54,929 nucleotides of DNA from a virus. Taxonomy: Duplodnaviria > Caudoviricetes. How positions within the stretch are numbered: the stretch's first letter is position 1; every line of letters begins with the position of its first letter. The DNA lies in IMG/VR virus record IMGVR_UViG_3300046383_000025, positions 1 to 54,929 of that record; one strand, 5' to 3'. Below, piece after piece: positions 38,559-47,745 of this stretch. The translations under genes were made by a program, and so were the position numbers. The notes below the pieces were generated by a model, which was not told the origin of the DNA, searched no databases, and saw only the letters and a program-made list of their open reading frames with translations.

Positions 38559-39389
38559 CTAGGCCGCGATGCGAGCGCCGGCGACGGCCAGCTCCCCGAG
38601 CGCCCGCACGTCCGGCACGCGATCGGCACGGATCGGCCAGTACGGCGCGTCCGGCGCGACCCAGGTCCGCGGGAAGGCTTCGTTGTGCGCCGTCGGATAG
38701 ATCGCGACGCATGGCGTGCGGAAATGATTGGCGAGAATCGACATCCCGCAGATCACGCCGATGTAGATCCGCGCGTGCTTGAGGATATCGGCCACTTGCA
38801 TCAGCGAGGTCGCCTCGACCAGCGGCTCGATGTCCAGCGGCCGCGGCGCCTCGCGGATGAGCCGGTCGAAGAATGGCCGATCCCATTTCGCGCCGATGAT
38901 CGTCACGCGGCCGATCGCGCGGTTCAGCTCCTCGATCACGGCATGCCAGTAGCCCGCCGGCAGATGCGACATCCACGCCGTATTGATCGCCTCGCTCGAA
39001 ACGTAGAGCACCGTGCGCGGCCCGCCCGGGACGGGCGTCGTGCGCACCGGGAAACCGAGATCCAGCTCGAGATCCGGAAGCCAGTTGCGCAGATGCTCGC
39101 CGCGGTCCACGACCGCGTTCGGCCATAGCAACGGCGTGCCGTCTTTGAGCTGGCCCACGCCGGTATCGAGCGCGAGCCGATCGGGCCGGAAAACGTGGAA
39201 GCTCGCGCCGGCCTCGATGAAGTCCACCATCTGCGCCCACTGCCCGGCCCGATCTTGCGCGCCGCCGTGGGAGCCCTGGATCACCATGTGCAGGCTCTCA
39301 ATCTTGTGCTTTGCCTTGTACGCCTTGAGCTTGGTCAGGGCCCAATAGACGTCCCCGACACCAGGGGGAACCGCGACGCGCGTGCCCAT
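38559..39389 (-). CDS. GT9 (heptosyltransferase-like) glycosyltransferase
   Basis: PPGVGDVYW...W..VI..L...IIG..WD...L...TSL.Q...IL..A..YIG...G...LA....P.V. Confidence 0.75.
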   Translation of the reverse strand: MGTRVAVPPGVGDVYWALTKLKAYKAKHKIESLHMVIQGSHGGAQDRAGQWAQMVDFIEAGASFHVFRPDRLALDTGVGQLKDGTPLLWPNAVVDRGEHLRNWLPDLELDLGFPVRTTPVPGGPRTVLYVSSEAINTAWMSHLPAGYWHAVIEELNRAIGRVTIIGAKWDRPFFDRLIREAPRPLDIEPLVEATSLMQVADILKHARIYIGVICGMSILANHFRTPCVAIYPTAHNEAFPRTWVAPDAPYWPIRADRVPDVRALGELAVAGARIAA

Positions 39390-39427
39390 CCGATCTCCTC
39401 TGCTTTGATAGCGGCTGCGCTTCAGCC

Positions 39428-40135
39428 TCACCGCCGCGCCCCATACGCGACCATCTTGCCCGGGAGCGGCTTGTCGATCGCCAGCAGCGAGAAGCCGGCA
39501 TCGACGATCAGACGGCCGAGCGCCTCGTCGGTGAAGTACCAGGGATGTTCGGCCTTGTAGTGATGCTCGCCCTCTGGCACGGAAACGTCGGGCACGTCGA
39601 CGACGAGCAGGCCGTGCTGCCAGCAGAGGCGCGACGCCCACATCAGCTCCGTGCGCGGATCGAGCACGTGCTCGAGCACATCGTGGTAGGTCACGAGATC
39701 GAAGTGCCACGCGCCTTCGAGGTCGATCGCGGTCGCGTTCATGACGCCGGCGCGCGCCATCGCGGGATCTGGGTCGATGCCATGCGCGACGATGCCGACC
39801 GACATCATGTGGTCGACGAAAGCGCCATTGGCCGCGCCGACGTCGAGCGTGCAGCGCACGCGCTCGAGATGCCGGCCGAGGATCTCTTTGTAGCGGGCCC
39901 AGCGCAGCGCCGCGACCTTGCGGTCGTGCTCGTATCGCTCGCGATAGGGAATGCAGCCGGGATGCCGATCGACGGCGCGATGGTAGGCGCCGCGATACTG
40001 CGCCTCGTAGTCGGCCGCGGAGATCTCGGTGTCCAAGTGCTGCACGCCGCAGACGCACGTCGCGATCGCGAGCCCGTTGCGCGTGATGATGTCGAAGCCG
40101 CGCGAACCGCAAAGGCATTGAGTGATGAGTCTCAT
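39428..40135 (-). CDS. Class I SAM-dependent methyltransferase with N-terminal zinc site (glycan-cluster type)
   Basis: CLCG...C.CG; LDVGAANGAF; GID; FDLVT.HDVLEHVLDP; VDVP; EH.WYF. Confidence 0.9.
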   Translation of the reverse strand: MRLITQCLCGSRGFDIITRNGLAIATCVCGVQHLDTEISAADYEAQYRGAYHRAVDRHPGCIPYRERYEHDRKVAALRWARYKEILGRHLERVRCTLDVGAANGAFVDHMMSVGIVAHGIDPDPAMARAGVMNATAIDLEGAWHFDLVTYHDVLEHVLDPRTELMWASRLCWQHGLLVVDVPDVSVPEGEHHYKAEHPWYFTDEALGRLIVDAGFSLLAIDKPLPGKMVAYGARR

Positions 40136-40935
40136 AGGCTCCCGGTGTGTAGCCACTTGAAGATAGACCTACTCGCATCGGGCGGCTCGATCCTGTTCAC
40201 GATCTTCGTCTGCCCGGCAAAATCGCAGCGCGTCGGATTCGACGCGCCGTCATAGATCGTCACCTGCGGCACGCCGAGAAACCCGGCGAGCACCATGATC
40301 CCGTTCTCGAGCCCGATGTACGCGCGCGCGCTCGCGAGCAATCTAATGACCTCGCGCGCGGGCGCGCCCAAGTAATGCGCGCTCGCGGCGGGAAGGGCGC
40401 TGTCCACGCTCGCGCCGATCTGCACGATCTTGACGCCGCGCTGCGCGAGCGAGCTCGCGAGCTGGCGCATGTTGTCGAGCCCCCACTCTTTCCGCATCCG
40501 CCGCCGCCGCTTGCCATGCGCGATCATCACCACGTGATCGCCGCGCTCGATGCCCTCGGCCATCGGGAAGCGTGGATAGACGCCCGGCTCGTAGTGGATA
40601 CCCAAGCCGGTCTGATCGTTCAGATGCTCGACGGTGCTCGCGATGTACAGCTCCGGCGGCCATTTCCGATACACGAGCGAGTCGCGCGTCGCGGTCGTGC
40701 CGGGCGGGCCATGCCCGGAGCTGTAGTGCACATCGCTGAGCGCATAGAGCTCCGGCACGATCGGCGGGAGAGTGCCTTGCGTCACGCTGCGAAAGTCCAC
40801 GTAACACGGCAGATCCGGCCGCTGGCGATTCACGTACTTGAGCACGGCGAGACAGAACAGCCAATCGCCGATCCCGTTATACGGTCGAGTCAGCGTCAGA
40901 CTTGGGCGGTCGCCGGCGACTGCTTGGGCAAGCAT
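40132..40935 (-). CDS. GT9-like glycosyltransferase
   Basis: GIGDWL...KEW...L...GV.IVQIG...L..A..YIG.ENG.M.LA...GVP.VTIY. Confidence 0.78.
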   Translation of the reverse strand: MLAQAVAGDRPSLTLTRPYNGIGDWLFCLAVLKYVNRQRPDLPCYVDFRSVTQGTLPPIVPELYALSDVHYSSGHGPPGTTATRDSLVYRKWPPELYIASTVEHLNDQTGLGIHYEPGVYPRFPMAEGIERGDHVVMIAHGKRRRRMRKEWGLDNMRQLASSLAQRGVKIVQIGASVDSALPAASAHYLGAPAREVIRLLASARAYIGLENGIMVLAGFLGVPQVTIYDGASNPTRCDFAGQTKIVNRIEPPDASRSIFKWLHTGSL

Positions 40936-41678
40936 TGTTGTTGCTCTTGGGCGCGGGGGTACGCGTCGGCCGGAGTATAAGCACGGGCGCGGTTTTGTTT
41001 CAGCATCCGTTGCGCCTCGCGCGGCGGAAGCTCGATCGGCCCGGCCGGATATTCGAAGTCCTTGATCGGCTGCGGCTGCAAGAGCAGGACCCACACGCCG
41101 CGCAGCTCGCTCACGATCTGCTCGCGCGCGATCGGCCCGGCGGTCCGCTGCTGCGGGAGCACGACGTCGGCCAGCGTCCCGAAGGTCCGATACGGCCCGT
41201 GATAGCCGCCGAAGTACTTGAACCATCGGCTAACGTGCCACGACTGCGGCATCGCATAGCCGCCGGATTTCGGGTCATCTTTGTCGTGATAGGTCTGCAC
41301 GCCGGGCGCGAAGCAATCCATCCCGACGATGTAGATCGGCGCGCAGCCCATCAGGCGCGCCGCCCATGCCGCGATGATTCCGCTATTGGCCGCGGGCCAG
41401 TCGAGCACGCGGTAGTCGGCCCAGAGCTGGCGCGAGATCAGCGGCAAGCCGAACGGCCGCACGCGATCCTCGATCTTGTCGTGCGCGACGATGTAGTCGC
41501 ATGGCGTGAGTCGAGCGCCGTGATCGTTGGCGCTGATGTAGACGGCTTCGCCCCGCGGCGGGCACTGCTCGAGCTGGGCTGGGAGAGAGAGCCCGCCGCC
41601 TAGACAGACGGCGGGCCGACCAACATGCGCGTGAACAAGATCGCGGACCGAGCGCGTCGCTGCGCGACGCCGATGCAC
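40896..41678 (-). CDS. DUF115/Maf-like transferase fused to a short gpFI-like C-terminal domain
   Basis: AVCLGGG.SL...ISAN...DY.V..D...NSG..A...A..MGC.PIYIVGMDC; C-term VLLL...EY..G.IELP..EA..ML....A. Confidence 0.65.
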   Translation of the reverse strand: MHRRRAATRSVRDLVHAHVGRPAVCLGGGLSLPAQLEQCPPRGEAVYISANDHGARLTPCDYIVAHDKIEDRVRPFGLPLISRQLWADYRVLDWPAANSGIIAAWAARLMGCAPIYIVGMDCFAPGVQTYHDKDDPKSGGYAMPQSWHVSRWFKYFGGYHGPYRTFGTLADVVLPQQRTAGPIAREQIVSELRGVWVLLLQPQPIKDFEYPAGPIELPPREAQRMLKQNRARAYTPADAYPRAQEQQQCLPKQSPATAQV

Positions 41679-41680
41679 CG

Positions 41681-42715
41681 CTAGGTGTTCTTCGCGCGCT
41701 GCAGCATCTCGGGCCTGCTGCAGACGAACAACGGATAGCTGTAGACCTCCGGCTTGATCCACATGTTGCGGTCTTTGTCGTTGACCAGCAGCGCGTAGAC
41801 GTTTTGCCCCGGAGTGTTCGCCCAGTCGAACGTCTCGCCCGGGCTCATGGCCTGTTGGAAGGCCGCGTTGGCTCCGACCGGGAAGAAGTGCGCCTTCAGC
41901 GTATTGACCGCGACGGTGCTGTTGTCGTCCGTGCCCTGGTAATTGACCCAGGTGATCCCGCCATAGCGGAACGTCCCGAACGGCGCGCCGACATCGTTGC
42001 GCAGCTCTTGCGCCGCCACCTGATTGAGATACGTCTGCCGGATCTCGGTGTGCGCGGTGAGCTGATCCCAGAACGTGTCGCCGGCGAGGCCCATCACGTA
42101 AGTCCGACCTGGAACCCAAGAGCCCTTGGCCGCGCGCTGCACCGCGCGCACGACCTGGTTGCACTTGATGCGCACGGCGCCCGACGCGGGCGACGCGTTG
42201 TCGAGGTCGAAGTCGATCTCGGCCGGCTGCGACAGATCCCACTCATCGAACCAGTTGATGAGCGTGGATCCGTCGGCATCGAGGACGATGCCCTGCACCG
42301 CGCCCAAGCGCATGTGCTCGTGGGTGAGATCGACGTCGCGCCGGAGCTTCGCGAGGCGGTTCATGACCTCGGTCTGCGCCTGCTCGAGCTCGGTCGTCGT
42401 GCCGAACGCGCGGATGTTCTGGATCTCGCTCGCGTTGACGACGTCGCCCTTTGCCACGCGCACCGTGCGGAAGTCGCGCATGTCGCGCGGATCCTTCCCG
42501 CCTTGCGGCAGCGGCGCACCGCGCGGCGTCGTCTGCACGATCGCCAGCTCTTGATCGCGCTTCTCGATCGCGATCGTCTCCGTGCGCACCGGCCGCGGCT
42601 CGAAGATGCCGAGCCCGCCGAGGAACGCCGGCACGTAGGGGATCTTGTCGAGCGCGTCGGTCAGCTCGAAAGTGCTGAACGGATCGCCCGTAAAGACGTT
42701 CATCTGCAAGGTCAC
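41681..42715 (-). CDS. Major capsid protein (lambda gpE-like)
   Basis: FS..ELT.A....YVP..LG.LG.F...T.RG.P...IRAFG...T.EHMRLGA.QG...DADG...YS.PL..C.RP..L. Confidence 0.93.
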   Translation of the reverse strand: MTLQMNVFTGDPFSTFELTDALDKIPYVPAFLGGLGIFEPRPVRTETIAIEKRDQELAIVQTTPRGAPLPQGGKDPRDMRDFRTVRVAKGDVVNASEIQNIRAFGTTTELEQAQTEVMNRLAKLRRDVDLTHEHMRLGAVQGIVLDADGSTLINWFDEWDLSQPAEIDFDLDNASPASGAVRIKCNQVVRAVQRAAKGSWVPGRTYVMGLAGDTFWDQLTAHTEIRQTYLNQVAAQELRNDVGAPFGTFRYGGITWVNYQGTDDNSTVAVNTLKAHFFPVGANAAFQQAMSPGETFDWANTPGQNVYALLVNDKDRNMWIKPEVYSYPLFVCSRPEMLQRAKNT

Positions 42716-42747
42716 GGTGGTTACCTCCCGGTGTGCCTAGTGGGCCG

Positions 42748-43116
42748 TTAGCGCAGGACGATGCCGATCTCGAGCAGATCGGCCGTGCCAGCGGTCACGC
42801 CGCCGGTGTTGTTGTCGTCCCAGTCGATCTCGTCCTCGTTGACTTCGGCGTCGCGCACGATGCCGACTGCGTCGACGTCGCCGTTGCTCGTGTCGACCTC
42901 GTCGAACAAGATGCCCTCGGCCTTGCCGGCCGCGGCGTTGCTCGTCGCATTGTCGTAGGCGACCCACTTGGAATCGCCCGCGCGCTTCGAGATCACGGTG
43001 CCCGCTGGGAGCGTGCCTTGCCCGCCCGCGACGACGATCTGATCGCGCGATCGCGTGCCGGGAGCCTCGGAGATCAAGAACCCGCCAGCGTGCGGGCCTT
43101 CGGTGACGGTCGTCAT
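42748..43116 (-). CDS. Head decoration protein (gpD-like)
   Basis: EG.H...FL.SEA.G.RSR...L.AGTV...GIL...RDAEV...L...GI..R. Confidence 0.88.
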   Translation of the reverse strand: MTTVTEGPHAGGFLISEAPGTRSRDQIVVAGGQGTLPAGTVISKRAGDSKWVAYDNATSNAAAGKAEGILFDEVDTSNGDVDAVGIVRDAEVNEDEIDWDDNNTGGVTAGTADLLEIGIVLR

Positions 43117-44405
43117 TACGGCTTGCCTCCCATTTTGGTGATGACCTTGTCCCAAGCGCCAGGACGTTTGCCGAGTCCGCCGCTACCTATCGGGAGCGTC
43201 GGATCCGTTCGCCGGCGCTCATCGTCGCCCGCGAGCTTGTCTTGGATTTCCTTGCGCGCGGCCTCGAGCGGGACATTGCGCGTGACGATGCCCGCGGCCA
43301 GCTCCGGCACCTTCGCGACCTCGCAGATCCCGGTGATCTCGCGTGCATGCGCTACGCGGGTCTCGATGTCGGCGACCTCGACGTCGGTTGCGAGCAGTGC
43401 TTGGGCGACGGCGGCGGGCAGCGCGGCGGCAGTGACAGCAATCGCGAGAGCGCCTTTCTTTTGCGTTGCGATCGCGGTCTCGTCCATCGCGGGCCCTTCG
43501 GTGACTACCGGCAGAGTTGGCTCGGTCTTGGTCGCCAGGAATGCGAGCGCATCATGCAACGTCCCGATGCGATCTGCAAAGCCTTTCTGCACGGCGACGG
43601 GTCCGGAGGCGATCCCGGCATCCGTTGCCCGGGCTGCTGCAGCGCTCAATCGGTCGCCGCGATAGCGCCCGACGGACTCGACGAACATCCCATAAAGCCG
43701 ATCGACCTCGGCCTGCTCGAGCGCAAGCGCCTCCTCGGAGAGAGGGAAGTGCGGCGAGAAGTCGATCTTGCGCGCCCCCGCGTAGATCGGCGTGATCTTG
43801 ATGCCTTCGGCCTTGTCGGCGCCGCTGCGATCCACGTGATAGGCGACGACGCCGATGGAGCCGGCGCCGGCAGTTCGGCTGACCCAGATCTCCCCCGCGG
43901 CCGCGGCGATCGCATACGCCGCCGAGTACGCCATGTCGTCGATGACGGCGTGCACCGGTTTCTTAGCGCGCGCGGCCGCTATCTGATCGGTGAAGTCGAA
44001 CAGGCCCGCGGCGAATCCGCCCGGAGAATCTAGGCGCAGCACGATCGCCGAAACCGCCGGGTCGTCGACGAGCTGCGCGAAGGTCGCGGCGAGCTGCTCG
44101 TAATTCTGCGGTCCGCCGCCCGACGGGCCCGGCATCGGCCGTGACGCGAGCGCGCCCTGGATGTCCATGACGGCGACGGTTCCCGCGGAGCGGTAGCCCT
44201 TGTCCGGCTCGCGCGGCGTCGTGTCGCCATCATCGTCGTCGAACATCATCGGGACCGGGCCGCGCATGTACGCTTCGAGGAGCTCGGCGCCGATGCGCGG
44301 CTCGACGAACAGCGGCCGCCCAAGGCAGTGCGTGTAGAGCTGGCCGATGACGGTGTTGTCGGTCCGCGCCCACAAGCGCGCGAGCATCTTGAACGGGTTT
44401 GCCAT
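43116..44405 (-). CDS. S49-family head maturation protease with scaffold-like tail (gpC/Nu3-like)
   Basis: DP.V.AI.L..DSPGG...AYSAAY..A.AA...GSIGV...AG..K....P. Confidence 0.93.
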   Translation of the reverse strand: MANPFKMLARLWARTDNTVIGQLYTHCLGRPLFVEPRIGAELLEAYMRGPVPMMFDDDDGDTTPREPDKGYRSAGTVAVMDIQGALASRPMPGPSGGGPQNYEQLAATFAQLVDDPAVSAIVLRLDSPGGFAAGLFDFTDQIAAARAKKPVHAVIDDMAYSAAYAIAAAAGEIWVSRTAGAGSIGVVAYHVDRSGADKAEGIKITPIYAGARKIDFSPHFPLSEEALALEQAEVDRLYGMFVESVGRYRGDRLSAAAARATDAGIASGPVAVQKGFADRIGTLHDALAFLATKTEPTLPVVTEGPAMDETAIATQKKGALAIAVTAAALPAAVAQALLATDVEVADIETRVAHAREITGICEVAKVPELAAGIVTRNVPLEAARKEIQDKLAGDDERRRTDPTLPIGSGGLGKRPGAWDKVITKMGGKP

Positions 44406-44418
44406 AGATCCTCCCAGG

Positions 44419-45426
44419 TTAGGCGGCTAACGAGATCTCGAGATCCTCACGCTCCAGACGTTCACGATGCGCGCGCGCGGCGGTCACGCTCGGCGGCTCG
44501 CCATGCACCACGGTCGGAACGCCGAAGGCTTGGACGTTTGCGAAACCAGCGGCCGCAAGCGTATGCGCCGGCGGGCGCTTTGGAAAGCGCCGCGGCATCG
44601 CGCGCAGCATTGGCGCCTCGATCGCCGGCGTCTGCTCGGTGATCGTCGGCAACCCGAAGGCCTGCTCATTGGCGAAGCCGTCCGGCCGGATGAATTGCAC
44701 GACGACGTCGCCCACGACCGGGAGGCCGAAGGCGCTTTCGTTCGCGACGCCGTCGGGCGCGATCGTCGCATTGAGCGCAACGGTGCCGAAGGCATTGGCG
44801 CTTGCGACGCCGTCGGGCCCGACGTTGGCGTTGAGCGCGACGGTGCCAAGCGCGCTCGTGTTCGCGACGCCGTCGGGCGCGATCGTCGAGTTGAGCGCGA
44901 CGGTGCCGAACGCGATCGAGCTTGCGATGCCGTCCGGCGCTAACTGCGCATGCAGCTCGGGATCGCCGAAAGCGGAGACGTTCGCGACGCCATCGGGCCC
45001 GACGTTCGCGTTGAGTCCGACCGTGCCAAGCGCGCTGACGTTCGCGACGCCGTCGGGCGCGATCGTTGCGTTGAGCGCGACGGTGCCGAAGGCGTTGCCG
45101 CTCGCAATCCCATCCGGCGCGATGTTGGCATTGAGCGCGACCGTGCCAAGCGCGCTCGTGTTCGCGAAGCCCGCGGGCGCGATCGTCGCATTGAGTGCAA
45201 CGGTGCCAAGCGCATTGACGTTCGCGACGCCGTCGGGCGCGATCCTCGCATTGAGCGCGACCGTGCCAAGCGCGCTGACGTTCGTGAGAGGCGTCGGTGC
45301 GATGTTGGCATTGAGCGCGACCGTGCCAAGCGCGCTCGTGTTCGCGAAGCCCGCGGGCTGGATCGGGATCGTCTGCGATCGACGAGCAGCAATCGGTGTC
45401 GCCGCTATCGGGGCCGCGCCAATCAC
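44419..45426 (-). CDS. 20-aa tandem-repeat virion protein
   Basis: About 11 copies of IAPDGVAN.SA(L/F)GTVALNA(N/T) plus 2 degenerate copies. Confidence 0.8.
   Translation of the reverse strand: MIGAAPIAATPIAARRSQTIPIQPAGFANTSALGTVALNANIAPTPLTNVSALGTVALNARIAPDGVANVNALGTVALNATIAPAGFANTSALGTVALNANIAPDGIASGNAFGTVALNATIAPDGVANVSALGTVGLNANVGPDGVANVSAFGDPELHAQLAPDGIASSIAFGTVALNSTIAPDGVANTSALGTVALNANVGPDGVASANAFGTVALNATIAPDGVANESAFGLPVVGDVVVQFIRPDGFANEQAFGLPTITEQTPAIEAPMLRAMPRRFPKRPPAHTLAAAGFANVQAFGVPTVVHGEPPSVTAARAHRERLEREDLEISLAA
44721..45363. repeat. 60-bp coding tandem repeat, about 10.7 units
   Basis: Consecutive 60-nt lines align: gatNNNNgcNttgagcgcgacNgtgccNaNNgcN...gcgacgccgtcgggcgc. Confidence 0.97.
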
Positions 45427-45430
45427 AGCT

Positions 45431-47338
45431 CTACTCGAAGTGCGTGGTCACGACGACGCAACCATGCCCGCCGGCGCCGCCGAATCCGCCCGCCACGCCG
45501 GCGCCTCCACCGCCCCCGCCGCCCGGAAATCCGCCGGTGCCGCCGAGCACGACCGACGAGCCGCCATTCACGCCGCCGGCGCCGCCATACGGAAGCCGCG
45601 TGGACTGCGCGCCGGTCGCGCCTTGCGCCGCGAACGTCGCCGCCGCGCCGCCGCCCCGGCCAGGCTGCGAGATGATCGTGTTTGTACGTCCGCCCGATCC
45701 GCCGCCGCCGCCGCGCTGGCTGTTGCCATTGTTGGCCGATGTGATCGCGGCATCCGTATCGGCGCCGGACTCGCCGCCGCCGCCTCCCCACTCGGCCTCC
45801 GATCCGCCGACGGGCGCCGTCGTGCCGGATCCGCCGGGCGCGCCGCGCAGACCAGAGCCCGCGACGCTGCTCCCTTGCACGTTCACCGTGAGCCGAGTCG
45901 TCTGCACTGGACCGGGCGTGCCGATGCCGCCGCCGCATCCGCCGTTGCCACCGTCGGCGACGCCCGCGGCAGTCGCGACCGTCCCGGTGTTGTAATTGCC
46001 AGCGATCAGCGGACCGTTGGTATCGAACCACGAGACCGTGCCCGCGGTGCCCGCCTGATTGAGCCCGGTGCCGACGGCGCCGCCGCGGCCGGCATGCACG
46101 GTGACGTTTGCGGAGAGCTCGGCGTGATCGAACCACGCCTCGTCGTAACCGCCGCCGGCGCCGCCGCCACCGCCCGCCGCGGTCGTCGTCGTGTTGCCGC
46201 CGGAGCCGCCTTGCCCGCCGTCGCACTTCTGCACGAATACGCGCGTCGCGTAGGACGGCTTCCGCCAGTTGTCGTCGAGGTCGGCCGGCGAGCCTATGAA
46301 GATTTGGACCTCCGGCGAGCGGCGCGCGCTGCCGGTTTGGTAGCCGTTCGGAACGAAGGCGATCATCTGCGACACATCGACCGTGGAGTTGGCCCACGTC
46401 AAACCCATCGTGAACGGCAGCCCGACGTGATTGTCGAGCTCGCCCGACATGACGTAGATGCCGCCGCCGACTCCATCGGTCGTCGAGCCGTCGAAAACTT
46501 CCGTGACGTTGACCATCGTCACCGCGCTTTGACCAGAGCCCTGCGCGGATGCGCTATCCACCGCATGCGCGAAGATTCCCAGATACAAGCAGTGCGGAAC
46601 CTTCGACCAGCCGCGGCCGCCGCCTCCGCTGCTCGTCCCGGCCGTCGTGCTCGCGACGAACTTGAATCCTTGCATCAGCAGGTGCGGCTTCTCGAGCGTA
46701 TCGGCGCCGCGGATCGCGAGCATGACGCCGAAGGTGTGATCGCCGGAGTCGGTCAGCGTCGGCGCGCTCTCTGCGCCGTTGTCGCGCTTCCAGAACATGC
46801 AGAGCTTGGTCGATCCCGCCGCGCCGGCGGCGCCGATGCCGTTCTGCGGACCGAGCCGCTCGTAGCCGGCGGGGGCCGCATAGTCCACCTGATTCGCCTG
46901 CTGGATGAGGAGCAGCAGAATATCGTCCGCCGCATGCGTCGCCGGGAGCGTCGCCGTCGGAACGCCCGTGCTCGAGAACTGCGTGCCGACCGAGATCACC
47001 GTCGGCACGACCGGCTCGACCTTGGCGATCGGAAGCGTCACGAATACGCGCTTCGTCCCCGCCGCGAAGTTCACGAGCGCGTTCGAGTTGCTCGATGCCG
47101 AGACTTTCGTCCGCGCGATCGCCGGCGTCGCGCTCACATAGGTTCCGTAGCCAACCTCCCAATCGCCTGTCGGAACGCCGTTGCTATCGACGGCCTCGAT
47201 GCAATAGAAGAACGTCTCGTTATTCGCGTAGCCGGCGGCGGCGAACGTGCGAAACCCGGCGACAGCTCCGGCCAGCGTGAGATTGCCGGTGCTCGTCCCG
47301 ATCGTGGTCTCGCAGACGCGATCGAGGATCTTGTGCAC
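45431..47338 (-). CDS. Fibre/adhesin-like virion protein with a C-terminal glycine-rich domain
   Basis: N-term DRV.ETT..T.TG..TL.GA..GF..F...WEVG.GTY...R....SSN....VNF..G.K.VF.T; many GGGG runs. Confidence 0.78.
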   Translation of the reverse strand: MHKILDRVCETTIGTSTGNLTLAGAVAGFRTFAAAGYANNETFFYCIEAVDSNGVPTGDWEVGYGTYVSATPAIARTKVSASSNSNALVNFAAGTKRVFVTLPIAKVEPVVPTVISVGTQFSSTGVPTATLPATHAADDILLLLIQQANQVDYAAPAGYERLGPQNGIGAAGAAGSTKLCMFWKRDNGAESAPTLTDSGDHTFGVMLAIRGADTLEKPHLLMQGFKFVASTTAGTSSGGGGRGWSKVPHCLYLGIFAHAVDSASAQGSGQSAVTMVNVTEVFDGSTTDGVGGGIYVMSGELDNHVGLPFTMGLTWANSTVDVSQMIAFVPNGYQTGSARRSPEVQIFIGSPADLDDNWRKPSYATRVFVQKCDGGQGGSGGNTTTTAAGGGGGAGGGYDEAWFDHAELSANVTVHAGRGGAVGTGLNQAGTAGTVSWFDTNGPLIAGNYNTGTVATAAGVADGGNGGCGGGIGTPGPVQTTRLTVNVQGSSVAGSGLRGAPGGSGTTAPVGGSEAEWGGGGGESGADTDAAITSANNGNSQRGGGGGSGGRTNTIISQPGRGGGAAATFAAQGATGAQSTRLPYGGAGGVNGGSSVVLGGTGGFPGGGGGGGAGVAGGFGGAGGHGCVVVTTHFE

Positions 47339-47340
47339 GG

Positions 47341-47742
47341 TTAGAGAGCGAAGATTTTGTTGGCGCCGTTATCCCAAACGACCGGGCATACCTGCGAGGC
47401 CTCCGGCGTGAACGGCAAACCGACGGCGCTATCAATGTACGCGATCAATCGCGCGGTCGCGTCGCTTCCCGTGTGCAGGAACAGGATGAGCGCATTCGAC
47501 GCGGTGCTCGCTGTCGCCGTGATCGAAGTATCGTTCGCGTCGAAGATCCCGTTGGTAAAGGCCTTGCCCGCGAGCGCCGCGCTGCGGCCGTTATCGACGG
47601 CGCCGAGATCGGCGAGAAACTCGTCGGTCGAGTCGTACGTGTATGAGCTCAGCACGAGCATGGCGCGGATGTCGCCACTGCTCATGTTGATGCCGGCCTG
47701 CAAGAGCTGCTCTTTGGCCTTCGGAAAAATCGCGCTCGTCAT
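47341..47742 (-). CDS. Small beta-rich virion structural protein
   Basis: F...KE..L...I......I.A.LV...YT...G.FDA.D...LIAYID...GLP.TP...W..GANKIF.L. Confidence 0.7.
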   Translation of the reverse strand: MTSAIFPKAKEQLLQAGINMSSGDIRAMLVLSSYTYDSTDEFLADLGAVDNGRSAALAGKAFTNGIFDANDTSITATASTASNALILFLHTGSDATARLIAYIDSAVGLPFTPEASQVCPVVWDNGANKIFAL

Positions 47743-47745
47743 CGG

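Noticed and set aside
37695-44420. GGGA-loop SD hairpins before tail tube, capsid and protease genes as CsrA sites
   Set aside because: Loops differ from the ACGGA motif and could be ordinary SD context; not counted in the regulon
44721-45363. 60-bp repeats as a CRISPR array or DGR template
   Set aside because: Units are contiguous with no unique spacers and vary mostly at codon level within an ORF; no cas or reverse transcriptase gene is seen
44639-47344. 901-aa plus-strand ORF and similar long ORFs (32219-33985, 47845-49683, 53341-54849)
   Set aside because: Antisense shadows of well-supported genes, expected at this GC content
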